A DNA stretch of 64,000 nucleotides, from positions 1-64,000 of IMG/VR virus record IMGVR_UViG_2865671049_000004; one strand, 5' to 3'. Origin of the DNA: a virus (lineage: Duplodnaviria; Caudoviricetes). A program made the translations under genes and the position numbers. Within the stretch, counting starts at the first letter, position 1, and each line of letters opens with the position of its first letter. Shown here in pieces: positions 1-8,392 of this stretch. The notes beneath the pieces were generated by a model. That model ran no database searches. It was given only the letters and a program-made list of their open reading frames with translations, and was not told the origin of the DNA.

Positions 1-192
1 ATGACACCGGAAGAGCACCTGCGGATTCTGGGCCCGGAACTTTTGGCCGAGATTCACCGACGCGTCGACCTCGCGCCGCCGCCGAGCCCCGAACTGATCG
101 ACGAACTCCGCACGATCCTCGCGCCGGCGATGCGCCGCACGCGCGCCCGGAGGGCCACCGCGCACCACAGCGAGATCCGCTCCGCCGCCTAG
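1..192 (+). CDS. small hypothetical phage protein
   Basis: 63-aa ORF at the head of a rightward operon. Confidence 0.6.
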   Translation: MTPEEHLRILGPELLAEIHRRVDLAPPPSPELIDELRTILAPAMRRTRARRATAHHSEIRSAA

Positions 193-280
193 CACTTCGG
201 GTCAGGGCCGCCCTTGGACGGCATTCCGCAGGCGACCCCTGGCCTACCCCGATCAACCCCAACACGAAGGAGAAGTAGGC

Positions 281-730
281 GTGAACGCCAACTCTACGCC
301 CACCCCGCAGCACAGCCCGGCCCTCGCCCTGGTGCAGCTCACCGGCGAATGCAACGCCCCCGCGATGAACTGGTCGATCAGCACCACCTCGGCCGGCCTC
401 CACGGTTCCCTCGCCGCCCATGACGCCCGGCCGATGGTCCGCCTGTACGTCGACCTTCTGGACGCGACACCGCTCACGCCGCTGCTGTACGTCGACGGTG
501 AGGGTCACCGCCGGGTGACCGAGCTCCTGTCGACGACGTGGCGGGACGTACCGATCACGCTGTCGTTCTCGTCGGACCTGAGTGCGTACCCGGAGCTGGT
601 GGAGGCGGAGGAGCGGGCGCTGCTGTGCCGGTTCCTGTGCGAGCACGACGACCCGTTCCAGTGGTGCCCGGAGACGTGGCTGCAGTACAAGGCGGAGCTG
701 GACGCGCTGCGGCTGGAGGTCGCGGCGTGA
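281..730 (+). CDS. hypothetical protein
   Basis: GTG start after GAAGGAG RBS; stop overlaps next GTG. Confidence 0.7.
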   Translation: MNANSTPTPQHSPALALVQLTGECNAPAMNWSISTTSAGLHGSLAAHDARPMVRLYVDLLDATPLTPLLYVDGEGHRRVTELLSTTWRDVPITLSFSSDLSAYPELVEAEERALLCRFLCEHDDPFQWCPETWLQYKAELDALRLEVAA

Positions 731-900
731 TCGCCTCGATCTTGGCCGTGGTGGCGCTGGTGGCCTTCCTGTTCCTGGCGTGGACGCGGACGCCGAAGGC
801 CCCCGCGGTGCCGCTGTGCTGGTGCAGCCACCCGTGCCCCGAGGGCTCGCACCTCGCACCGGCCTTCCCCCGTCAGCGCACCGCCCCCAAGGAGTACTGA
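727..900 (+). CDS. small membrane protein
   Basis: GTGA overlap; N-terminal hydrophobic helix VIASILAVVALVAFLFLAW. Confidence 0.6.
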   Translation: MIASILAVVALVAFLFLAWTRTPKAPAVPLCWCSHPCPEGSHLAPAFPRQRTAPKEY

Positions 901-901
901 C

Positions 902-1753
902 GTGACCGACCCCAAGCACGCTCACGCCACCGAAAACGGCCGCTACTACAGCGACCCCGCCGGCGGCCCCGACCTCGTGTCCGTCACCAACGTCCTCGAC
1001 ACCTCGGTCAGCAAGCCCGCCCTGCGCTACTGGGCCGTCAAGCTGACCGTCGAGTGGGTCCTCGACCACCGCATGGAGGTCGCCCGGCGCGCCCTCACCG
1101 ACCGCACCGAGCTGGTCAAGGAGCTCAAGGCCGTCAGCAGCGCCGTGTCCGAGGCCGCTGCCGACCTCGGCACCCGCATTCACATCGCGGCGCAGAACCG
1201 GCTGCTTCGGGCCCCGATCGCCGCCGATGCGCAGGTCCGCCCCTACCTCCAGCGGTTCGACAAGTGGCTCGTCGAGTGGGGCGTCGACATCGATCGGGAC
1301 GTCGTCTCCACGGAGATCACCGTCCTTCACCGGGCTCTCGGTTACGCCGGCACCGCCGATCTGATGATCTGGCTGCCGACCGGCCCGGGCGGCCGCCGGG
1401 AGCTGTGGCTCATCGACTACAAGTCGTCCGCGACGCGGTCCGCGAAGTCGGTGTACGCGGAGAACGCCCAGCAGCTGGCGGCCCTGCGCTTCGCCGAGAC
1501 GGTGCTGCTGCCCGACGACACGGACGCCGAGATGCCCGCCATCGAGCGGACCGGTGTTCTCAACCTGCGGCAGAAGTCCCACGCCCTGGTGGAGATGCCG
1601 GGCGACCGGGCCGCCTTCCGGGCCTTCCGGGGCGCCCTGGTGAACGCCCAGTGGCACCACGCGTCGCCGTCCTCCTATCCCGCGCTGCTCGCGCCCGGCC
1701 AGGTCGCCGCACCGAAGCGCGCCCCCCTCCGTTCCTTGCGAAAGGCGGCCTGA
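902..1753 (+). CDS. PD-(D/E)XK (RecB/Cas4-like) phage exonuclease
   Basis: GYAGTADL...LIDYKS motif; Q-L-A-A-L downstream. Confidence 0.8.
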   Translation: MTDPKHAHATENGRYYSDPAGGPDLVSVTNVLDTSVSKPALRYWAVKLTVEWVLDHRMEVARRALTDRTELVKELKAVSSAVSEAAADLGTRIHIAAQNRLLRAPIAADAQVRPYLQRFDKWLVEWGVDIDRDVVSTEITVLHRALGYAGTADLMIWLPTGPGGRRELWLIDYKSSATRSAKSVYAENAQQLAALRFAETVLLPDDTDAEMPAIERTGVLNLRQKSHALVEMPGDRAAFRAFRGALVNAQWHHASPSSYPALLAPGQVAAPKRAPLRSLRKAA

Positions 1754-1754
1754 C

Positions 1755-2765
1755 ATGGGCTCTCGCCTCCTGAACATTCAGCGGAAGGCCGCCGAGCACG
1801 GCCGGCTCCGCACCGGCTACACGCAGGGCAACCGACCCGTTCGCTCCGCCACCTGGGTCGTGTCTTCGCATTCGGAGGAGCATGTCCGCACCGCGGCCGG
1901 CCTGTGGGGCGGAGAGGTCCAATCGTGGAAGCCTCTGAACTCCTCGATCGAGCAGTGGCGCGTCATCACCAAGAGCGACTCCATCGAGGCGCTGATCACC
2001 CCCGGAGATCCGCTCAACCAGTACAACGAGATGTGGTCCGCCGGCGGGTGCCAGCGCCGGTGCGACGGCGAGACGGAGCTGCTCTCCCGGAAGTCGTGCC
2101 TGTGCGCCGCCCAGTTCGGCCAAGACTGGCACCTGCAGTCGAAGAGCCGGGTCTGCTCGACGACGTCCCGCCTCAACGTCATGCTGCCGGACCTGTCCGG
2201 GATGGGCATGTGGCGGGCCGAGACGCACAGCTTCTACGCGGCGTCCGAGTGGGGCGCCATGGTCGACATGGTCCTCGCCGGCACGGGCGGGCAGGGCTTC
2301 GTCCCGGTGACGCTGCGCATCGAACCACGCCAGCGCGTCGCGGAAGGGCAGACGAAGAAGTTCCCGGTCGTCGTCGTCGAGCTGCGTGGAGTCACCCCCC
2401 GGCAGGCCCTGTCCGGTCCGTTGTCGACGGCGGTCGCGCTCAACCCGTCCCAGGCGCCGTCGACGCTGGCGATCGAGGCGCCGCGGCCGGACTATGTTGC
2501 GCTGGCGGCAGGCGGGTTGACCTCCGAGGACGTTCGCGAGGTGTGGAGGCAGGCGCGCAAGGCCGGCCACGTCGACCCGAAGGGCACCGACCCGCTGTCG
2601 GTGGAGCTCATGGCCATCGCCGCGCGCATGGATGAGGACGTGGCTGCGGAGAAGGCGGCCGCCGGGACGGACGAGGACGGCGCGATCGACGCCGAGGTTG
2701 TCGAGGACAGCTACGAGCGGCAGCCGTGGCCCGCCGTCGCGAAGGCCGGCGGCGGCCACCCCTGA
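1755..2765 (+). CDS. phage recombination protein, Gp3-like/RDF-like family (tentative)
   Basis: Follows the exonuclease; GRLRTG, GCQRRCDGET, CSTTSRL and FPVVVV motifs recalled from this actinophage family. Confidence 0.55.
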   Translation: MGSRLLNIQRKAAEHGRLRTGYTQGNRPVRSATWVVSSHSEEHVRTAAGLWGGEVQSWKPLNSSIEQWRVITKSDSIEALITPGDPLNQYNEMWSAGGCQRRCDGETELLSRKSCLCAAQFGQDWHLQSKSRVCSTTSRLNVMLPDLSGMGMWRAETHSFYAASEWGAMVDMVLAGTGGQGFVPVTLRIEPRQRVAEGQTKKFPVVVVELRGVTPRQALSGPLSTAVALNPSQAPSTLAIEAPRPDYVALAAGGLTSEDVREVWRQARKAGHVDPKGTDPLSVELMAIAARMDEDVAAEKAAAGTDEDGAIDAEVVEDSYERQPWPAVAKAGGGHP

Positions 2766-2837
2766 CCTACCCGGGCCGCGCCCGCCCATCCCGGGCGCGG
2801 CCCCTCCCCCTCGCATCCCTCCAGAGAGGAGGACCCC

Positions 2838-3587
2838 ATGTACTTCAAGGACACCCGCAAGATCGGCTTCGACACCGAGACGACCGGCCCGGACCCCGAG
2901 ACCGCCCGCATCGTCACCGCGGCACTCGTCGTTCGCGGCGGCAGCCGGCCCGACCAGGACTTCACGTGGCTGATCAACCCCGGCGAGCCGATCCCCGCCG
3001 AAGCCACCGCGGTCCACGGCATCACCGACGCCATGGTGCAGGCCGACGGCCTCGACCCGAAGGTTGCGCTGGGGCAGATCGCCGACAGGCTCTCCCGGGC
3101 CCTCGCCTTCCGCATGCCGGTCATCGCGTTCAACCTCAGCTTCGACTGGACCGTCCTCGACCGGGACCTGCGACGCCACGGACTCGCCACCATGGAGCAG
3201 CGGCTCACCGGCCACCCCGAGCCGGCACTGATCGACCCGCACGTCATCGACAAGCAGGTCGACCGGTACCGCAAGGGCACCGGCATGCGGAAGCTCAAGC
3301 CGACCAGCGACATCTACGGCATCGAGCTGACGGACTGGCACACCGCCGAAGCCGACGCCCTCGCGGCGCTGCTGATCGCCGAGGCGCAGTTCGCCCGCTA
3401 CCCGCGGTTGGAGAACCTGGGTGCGGCGGGCCTGTTCCGTGCACAGCAGAAGTGGCGGGCCGAGCAGCAGGCGGGACTGCAGGAGTGGTTCCGCACGAAG
3501 GCCTCGGTGGAGCAGGGCGGCGACCCGAGCAAGGTCATCGACGGGTCGTGGCCGATGCGCCCTTTCCCGGTGGCGGTGACGGCGTGA
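2838..3587 (+). CDS. DnaQ-like DEDDh 3'-5' exonuclease
   Basis: FDTETTG (ExoI), FNLSFD (ExoII), HTAEADA (ExoIII). Confidence 0.9.
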   Translation: MYFKDTRKIGFDTETTGPDPETARIVTAALVVRGGSRPDQDFTWLINPGEPIPAEATAVHGITDAMVQADGLDPKVALGQIADRLSRALAFRMPVIAFNLSFDWTVLDRDLRRHGLATMEQRLTGHPEPALIDPHVIDKQVDRYRKGTGMRKLKPTSDIYGIELTDWHTAEADALAALLIAEAQFARYPRLENLGAAGLFRAQQKWRAEQQAGLQEWFRTKASVEQGGDPSKVIDGSWPMRPFPVAVTA

Positions 3588-3826
3588 CCGGCCGCCCGAA
3601 GGTCGGCCCGCTGCCCCTCACCGACAAGCAGCTCGAAGTCCTGCAGCGGCGCGGGTGGGGCCAGGACATGCCGCAGATCGCCCGCGAGATGCAGATCAGC
3701 GTGTACACCGCCCGCGGTCACCTCAAGTCCGCCAAGGAACGGCTCGACGCAGAGACGACCGCCGACGCCATCGAGACAGCCATCGCCCGCAAGCTCCTAA
3801 CCGCTGGAGGCAGTGATGTTCGGTAA
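3584..3826 (+). CDS. LuxR-type HTH protein
   Basis: LTDKQLEVL...QIAREMQISVYTARGHL; GTGA overlap. Confidence 0.75.
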   Translation: MTGRPKVGPLPLTDKQLEVLQRRGWGQDMPQIAREMQISVYTARGHLKSAKERLDAETTADAIETAIARKLLTAGGSDVR

Positions 3827-4097
3827 GTCCAAGGCAGAGCTCCGCCGCGAGAACGACGCCCTCCGCGAAACGGTCGAGGAGCAGCACCGACACCTCCGGG
3901 CAGCCGGCGCCGACTACGCACTCGTCAAGCGCGAACGCATTGAGTGGCAGCAGCGCGCGGAGCGCACGGCCGATGACCGCATCGCCGACGCGAGAGAGAT
4001 GACCCGCCTCAAGCTTCTGGCGTCCCGCCTGACCCTTGAGCTCGACTCACTCAAGAAGAAGACCGAGGCGCAGGCCGAACTGGCAGTGACGGCATGA
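3813..4097 (+). CDS. coiled-coil hypothetical protein
   Basis: ORF coupled to neighbours. Confidence 0.6.
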   Translation: MMFGKSKAELRRENDALRETVEEQHRHLRAAGADYALVKRERIEWQQRAERTADDRIADAREMTRLKLLASRLTLELDSLKKKTEAQAELAVTA

Positions 4098-4402
4098 GCT
4101 ACCTGCTCGCCGTCCTCAGACGGCACTTCAAGGGAAACGGCCGACGCCGGGCCGCCGACCAGATCCCCGTCCTCAGCAAGGAGCGGGACTACTGGCGGCA
4201 GCTCGCCGAGGCCCGCCGGGCGCAGCTTGCCCACGCCGACAACCTCATCGGCCGCCTGTGCGGCCAGCGCGACGCCGCGGTCCTCGAAGCCGCGGCCACG
4301 CGCGAGACCGCAGACGCCGTCCGCCCGCTCGAAGCCGAAGTCCGGATGCTGCGCGCAGTGTCCGTCCCCGCGCCCGCCGACCGGGAGCCCGCCGCAGCGT
4401 GA
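4094..4402 (+). CDS. hypothetical protein
   Basis: ATGA overlap. Confidence 0.6.
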   Translation: MSYLLAVLRRHFKGNGRRRAADQIPVLSKERDYWRQLAEARRAQLAHADNLIGRLCGQRDAAVLEAAATRETADAVRPLEAEVRMLRAVSVPAPADREPAAA

Positions 4403-4530
4403 TCGCCGAAACCGCCATCCGCACCCTGCTCGACCCGTCCTGGACGCTGCTCGTCATCTACGGACTGAGCGCCCTCGCCGTCGCCCTCATGGTCATCGCC
4501 TACACCGCGTGGAGCACCCGCAATGACTGA
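4399..4530 (+). CDS. small membrane protein
   Basis: GTGA overlap; one hydrophobic helix. Confidence 0.5.
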   Translation: MIAETAIRTLLDPSWTLLVIYGLSALAVALMVIAYTAWSTRND

Positions 4531-5131
4531 CCTCCTCACCCCACCCATCCTCCTCACACCCCCGCCGACCAAGCCCATCGTCGTCGGCCTCGACACCGCC
4601 CTCGGCTCGACGACATCCTCCGGCACCGGCATCGCCTCCTCTGCCGGCTGGTGCGAGTCCGTCGGCTACCGCAACGCCAAGAACCCGATCACCGGGCTGC
4701 CCCACGCCGAGCGCGTGACCGAGCTGGAGCAGCTCGCCGGGCGCATCCTGCTCGCCGTCAAGTCGCCGACGCTCGTTGTCATGGAGCTTCCCGCGCCGTC
4801 GCGCTCCGGCGGAGGCAGCCACGAGCGGGCGTGGCTGTGGTGGGAGGTGTACCGGCAGTTGATCCGCTCCGACATCCCCGTCGGCCTCATGGCAAACAAC
4901 CAGCGGGCCCTGTACGCCACAGGCAAGGGCAACGCCGGGAAGACCGCCGTCGTCGAAGGTGTCACCCGACGCTGGCCCGACTGGTCGACTGGCGGGGACG
5001 ACAACCTCGCGGACGCCGTGACGCTCATGGCCGCGGGCATGGACTGGCTCGGAACGCCGCTCGCCAAGATGCCGGCCGTCAACCGGGCAGCGATCGACAA
5101 AGCGCAGTGGCCGACGGTGGTGGCGTCGTGA
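4523..5131 (+). CDS. RuvC-like Holliday junction resolvase
   Basis: VVGLD, VVME, ATGKGNAGK, DNLADA motifs. Confidence 0.8.
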   Translation: MTDLLTPPILLTPPPTKPIVVGLDTALGSTTSSGTGIASSAGWCESVGYRNAKNPITGLPHAERVTELEQLAGRILLAVKSPTLVVMELPAPSRSGGGSHERAWLWWEVYRQLIRSDIPVGLMANNQRALYATGKGNAGKTAVVEGVTRRWPDWSTGGDDNLADAVTLMAAGMDWLGTPLAKMPAVNRAAIDKAQWPTVVAS

Positions 5132-5811
5132 GCAAGCCCCTCGCCCCTCACGGCACGTACGCCCGCTTCCTCGGCCGTCCCGCCGCCAACATCGCGGGAT
5201 GCCGCTGCGACGACTGCACGCTGGAGGGCCGCCGCTACTACATGCGCCGGGACTACCTGGCGAGCACCGGCCGACCACTGACGGTCAGCGCCGAGGCCAC
5301 TCGGGAGCACCTGAAGTCGCTATTCGCAGCCGGGGCCGGCTGGACCCAGCTCGTCGCCGTCAGCGGCTCATCATCGTCGACAATCAGCGGCATCCTCTCG
5401 GGCCGGCAGGCGACCGTTCGCCGCAGCACCGAGCAGAAGCTCCTGCGCATCCGGGCCGAGCAGGTACGACCCGAGGTCCGCTCGATGCCTTCGGTCGGAG
5501 CCGTACGCCGGCTGCGGGCGCTCACCGCGTTGGGTCATACAAGCCGCAGGCTGGCCGCGGCAACGGGCATGAGTCACTCCCTGATGACCGCGCTGCTCGG
5601 AGGAACGCTCCAGCAGGTGCGCCCCCAGACGCACGATGCGATCTGCACCGCGTTCAAGCAGCTGGCCATGGTTCCCGGGTCCAGCCGCGCGACGGCGACC
5701 AGGGCAATCGCGAAGGGCTGGGCCCCGCCACTGGCCTGGGACGACGACCTCGACGACCCCAAGGCTCGCCCTGCGGCCGGCTCTGTGCGTCGCATCCGGT
5801 CCGCAGCATAA
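5128..5811 (+). CDS. actinophage HTH DNA-binding protein with N-terminal HG..CRCxxC motif
   Basis: HGTY..GCRCDDC, two HTH-like segments, [11 protein letters not shown] tail. Confidence 0.7.
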   Translation: MSKPLAPHGTYARFLGRPAANIAGCRCDDCTLEGRRYYMRRDYLASTGRPLTVSAEATREHLKSLFAAGAGWTQLVAVSGSSSSTISGILSGRQATVRRSTEQKLLRIRAEQVRPEVRSMPSVGAVRRLRALTALGHTSRRLAAATGMSHSLMTALLGGTLQQVRPQTHDAICTAFKQLAMVPGSSRATATRAIAKGWAPPLAWDDDLDDPKARPAAGSVRRIRSAA

Positions 5812-5854
5812 CCACCTTCCGTCCCTTCACCAACTACTAGAGGAGTCAGGCCTG

Positions 5855-6367
5855 ATGGCCGGAGAGACCCAGATCACACTCGTCGGGAACCTCGTCGACG
5901 ATCCCGAGCTGCGCTTCACCCCAAGCGGCGCCGCCGTCGCGAAGTTCCGCGTCGCGTCGACGCCCCGCACGTTCGACAAGCAGACGAACGAATGGAAGGA
6001 CGGCGAGACGCTCTTCCTCACCTGCAACGTCTGGCGGCAGCCCGCGGAGAACGTGGCGGAGTCCCTGCAGAAGGGGATGCGCGTCATCGTGCAGGGCCGG
6101 CTGCAGCAGCGCTCCTACGAGACGAAGGAGCACGAGAAGCGGACCGTGTTCGAGGTCGAGGTCGACGAGGTCGGCCCGAGCCTGCGGACCGCCACGACGA
6201 AGGTGACCCGCGCCAACCGGCAGGCCGGCCAGCAGGGCGGCGGGCAGCAGCAGTCTCGCCAGCAGGCCGGCGGTGACCCGTGGGGGTCGCAGGGCGGGCA
6301 GGCACAGCAGCAGGGCGGCGGATGGGGCGCGCCGCAGGCAAGCAACGATTCTGAGCCCCCTTTCTAG
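5855..6367 (+). CDS. ssb: single-stranded DNA-binding protein
   Basis: [25 protein letters not shown]; Gly/Gln linker; EPPF C-terminus. Confidence 0.97.
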   Translation: MAGETQITLVGNLVDDPELRFTPSGAAVAKFRVASTPRTFDKQTNEWKDGETLFLTCNVWRQPAENVAESLQKGMRVIVQGRLQQRSYETKEHEKRTVFEVEVDEVGPSLRTATTKVTRANRQAGQQGGGQQQSRQQAGGDPWGSQGGQAQQQGGGWGAPQASNDSEPPF

Positions 6368-6423
6368 ATCAACTTCCCGATCGGGTCCACCCGCACAACC
6401 CCCCAGCACGGAGGTACCGCCGC

Positions 6424-7275
6424 ATGACCAGCACCACCACCCCGGCCCCCGGCGGTACCCCCACCACCCACAACCGATCCACCTACGCCAACCACGGCTG
6501 CCGCTGCCACTGGTGCCGCCACGCCGAAGCCTCCTACCAGGCCAGCCGAGACCGCCTCAAGGCCTACGGACGCTGGCAGGGCAACGTCCCCGCCGACCCC
6601 ACCCGCGCACACGCCCGCGCCCTCAACGCCGCCGGCCTCACCTGGGTCCAAATCGCCGACCGCGCCAACCTGCACGTCGACGTCATTCGCAACCTCCTCG
6701 CCGGCGCCAGCAACCGCGAACCCTCGAAGACCATCCGACAGGCCAACGCCACCAAGATCCTGGCCATCCCCCTGCCCGACAACATCGCCCCCGACGGACG
6801 GGCCCCCCTGGACGCAACCGGAACAATCCGACGCCTTCAGGGCCTGGTCGCCGCCGGCTGGCCCGCCCGCCGCCTCACGCAACGGGCCGGAATCCAGCAG
6901 CGCCACCTGCTGCACCTACTCGACGGGAAGTTCCGGCAGGTCAGCCCCAGCACCGCCCTCACCATCCGCCGCCTCTACGACGACCTGTGGAACCGCGACC
7001 CACGCACCGACGGCGCCCGCTGGTACGACGTCGAACAGGCACGAAAGTTGGCAGCCGCCAAGGGCTGGGCCCCGGCGCTGGCCTGGGACGACGACGAGAT
7101 CGACAACCCCGACGCCCGCCCCGACTGGACCGCCCGATGCGGCACCCCCGGCGGCTACTACGACCACTCCACCATCGGCACCCCCACCTGCCAGCCCTGC
7201 CGAGACGCCGTCCGCCAAGCAGCCACCGAGCGGAAGCTGCGCCGGCGCGAACGCCACCCGCTCCCGCCCACCTGA
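6424..7275 (+). CDS. HTH DNA-binding protein, paralog of 5128-5811
   Basis: GCRCHWC, GWAPALAWDDD, C-terminal CGT..CQPC. Confidence 0.7.
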   Translation: MTSTTTPAPGGTPTTHNRSTYANHGCRCHWCRHAEASYQASRDRLKAYGRWQGNVPADPTRAHARALNAAGLTWVQIADRANLHVDVIRNLLAGASNREPSKTIRQANATKILAIPLPDNIAPDGRAPLDATGTIRRLQGLVAAGWPARRLTQRAGIQQRHLLHLLDGKFRQVSPSTALTIRRLYDDLWNRDPRTDGARWYDVEQARKLAAAKGWAPALAWDDDEIDNPDARPDWTARCGTPGGYYDHSTIGTPTCQPCRDAVRQAATERKLRRRERHPLPPT

Positions 7276-7298
7276 CCCTCCAACCGGAAGAGACCGTC

Positions 7299-7775
7299 AT
7301 GTCCAAGCCCCACACACCCACCAAGGCCTGCCCCCACCGCTGGTGCCGCCCCGCCCACCGCACCGCCACCGCACTCGGAGGAATCGCGGTCGTCGCCATC
7401 GCCGTCCGGCAGCCCTGGTTCCTGACGATCCTCGTCGCACTGACGGTCCTCACCATGGCCACCTACGCCGTCATCACCCGCAAGTCGATGCTCGACGTCG
7501 CCACCGAGGACCTGCCGCCCATCATTCCGCTGATGGTGCGCCCCGGCTGGGCCAACGCGGCCGTCTCCATCGACTTGCTGTTCCTGCTGACCACGCCGGT
7601 GATGGTGCTGGCGGTCGCTCAGTCGCAGCCCGGCACGTACGCCGCCGACGTCGCGGCCGACGGCCCGATTCCGATCCTGATCACGGTCGCGGTCGGCGTA
7701 TTCCACCAGCTCGCCCACCACTTCGCGACCCGCCCGGCGCGGCCGAAGCGCGTCCTCGCGCCCGTGCCCGACTAG
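7299..7775 (+). CDS. membrane protein (about 4 TM)
   Basis: ATG after GGAAGAG; several hydrophobic helices. Confidence 0.65.
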   Translation: MSKPHTPTKACPHRWCRPAHRTATALGGIAVVAIAVRQPWFLTILVALTVLTMATYAVITRKSMLDVATEDLPPIIPLMVRPGWANAAVSIDLLFLLTTPVMVLAVAQSQPGTYAADVAADGPIPILITVAVGVFHQLAHHFATRPARPKRVLAPVPD

Positions 7776-7825
7776 CTCCTCCCTCCCGCTCAGCCGCACC
7801 GCCTGACCCTCAACAGGAGTAACGC

Positions 7826-8392
7826 ATGGACGATTTCAACCTCCGCAGCCTCGTCCGCGAGGTGCTGGGCGGTACGACGATGACCGACCCGACGCAGATC
7901 GCTCGCGAGGTGGACCGCCGGATCTCGGAGGACGACTGCCGGGACGCTCTGCGGCAGGCGCTTCGCGGTTACGTGCGGGAGGAGATCACCCGCATGCGTC
8001 GGCATCACGACGTTGAGGAGCCCGTCGCGCAGGCCACGTTGGTGTCCAACGTGACACCGATGGCTTCGGGCGGGGCGGGTGGCCCCTCGGCCCCGGTGCG
8101 AACGGTGAAGCCGGTTCGCTCGGCGAAGGTCGCGGGGATCCGGGAGTGGTGGAGCAGCAAGCTCCTGGAGCCCTATCACGTCGGCGAGAAGGTGTACCGG
8201 CGCCTGGGTGACTGCTCGTTCGAGGATCTGCTGTTCGCCGCTGCGGAGCGCCGTGAGCATGCCGCCCGGAACGCGGCCCGGGCGGAGTGGTTCGAGCAGT
8301 TGGCGGAGACAGTTCGCGCGGCCGGCGTGTCACGGGTCCGGGATCTGTCGACTGACGTTCTGCAGGCGCGTCTTGGGGACGTGGCGGCATGA
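7826..8392 (+). CDS. hypothetical protein, candidate Tas partner
   Basis: AGGAG RBS; its TGA overlaps the ATG of 8389. Confidence 0.75.
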   Translation: MDDFNLRSLVREVLGGTTMTDPTQIAREVDRRISEDDCRDALRQALRGYVREEITRMRRHHDVEEPVAQATLVSNVTPMASGGAGGPSAPVRTVKPVRSAKVAGIREWWSSKLLEPYHVGEKVYRRLGDCSFEDLLFAAAERREHAARNAARAEWFEQLAETVRAAGVSRVRDLSTDVLQARLGDVAA

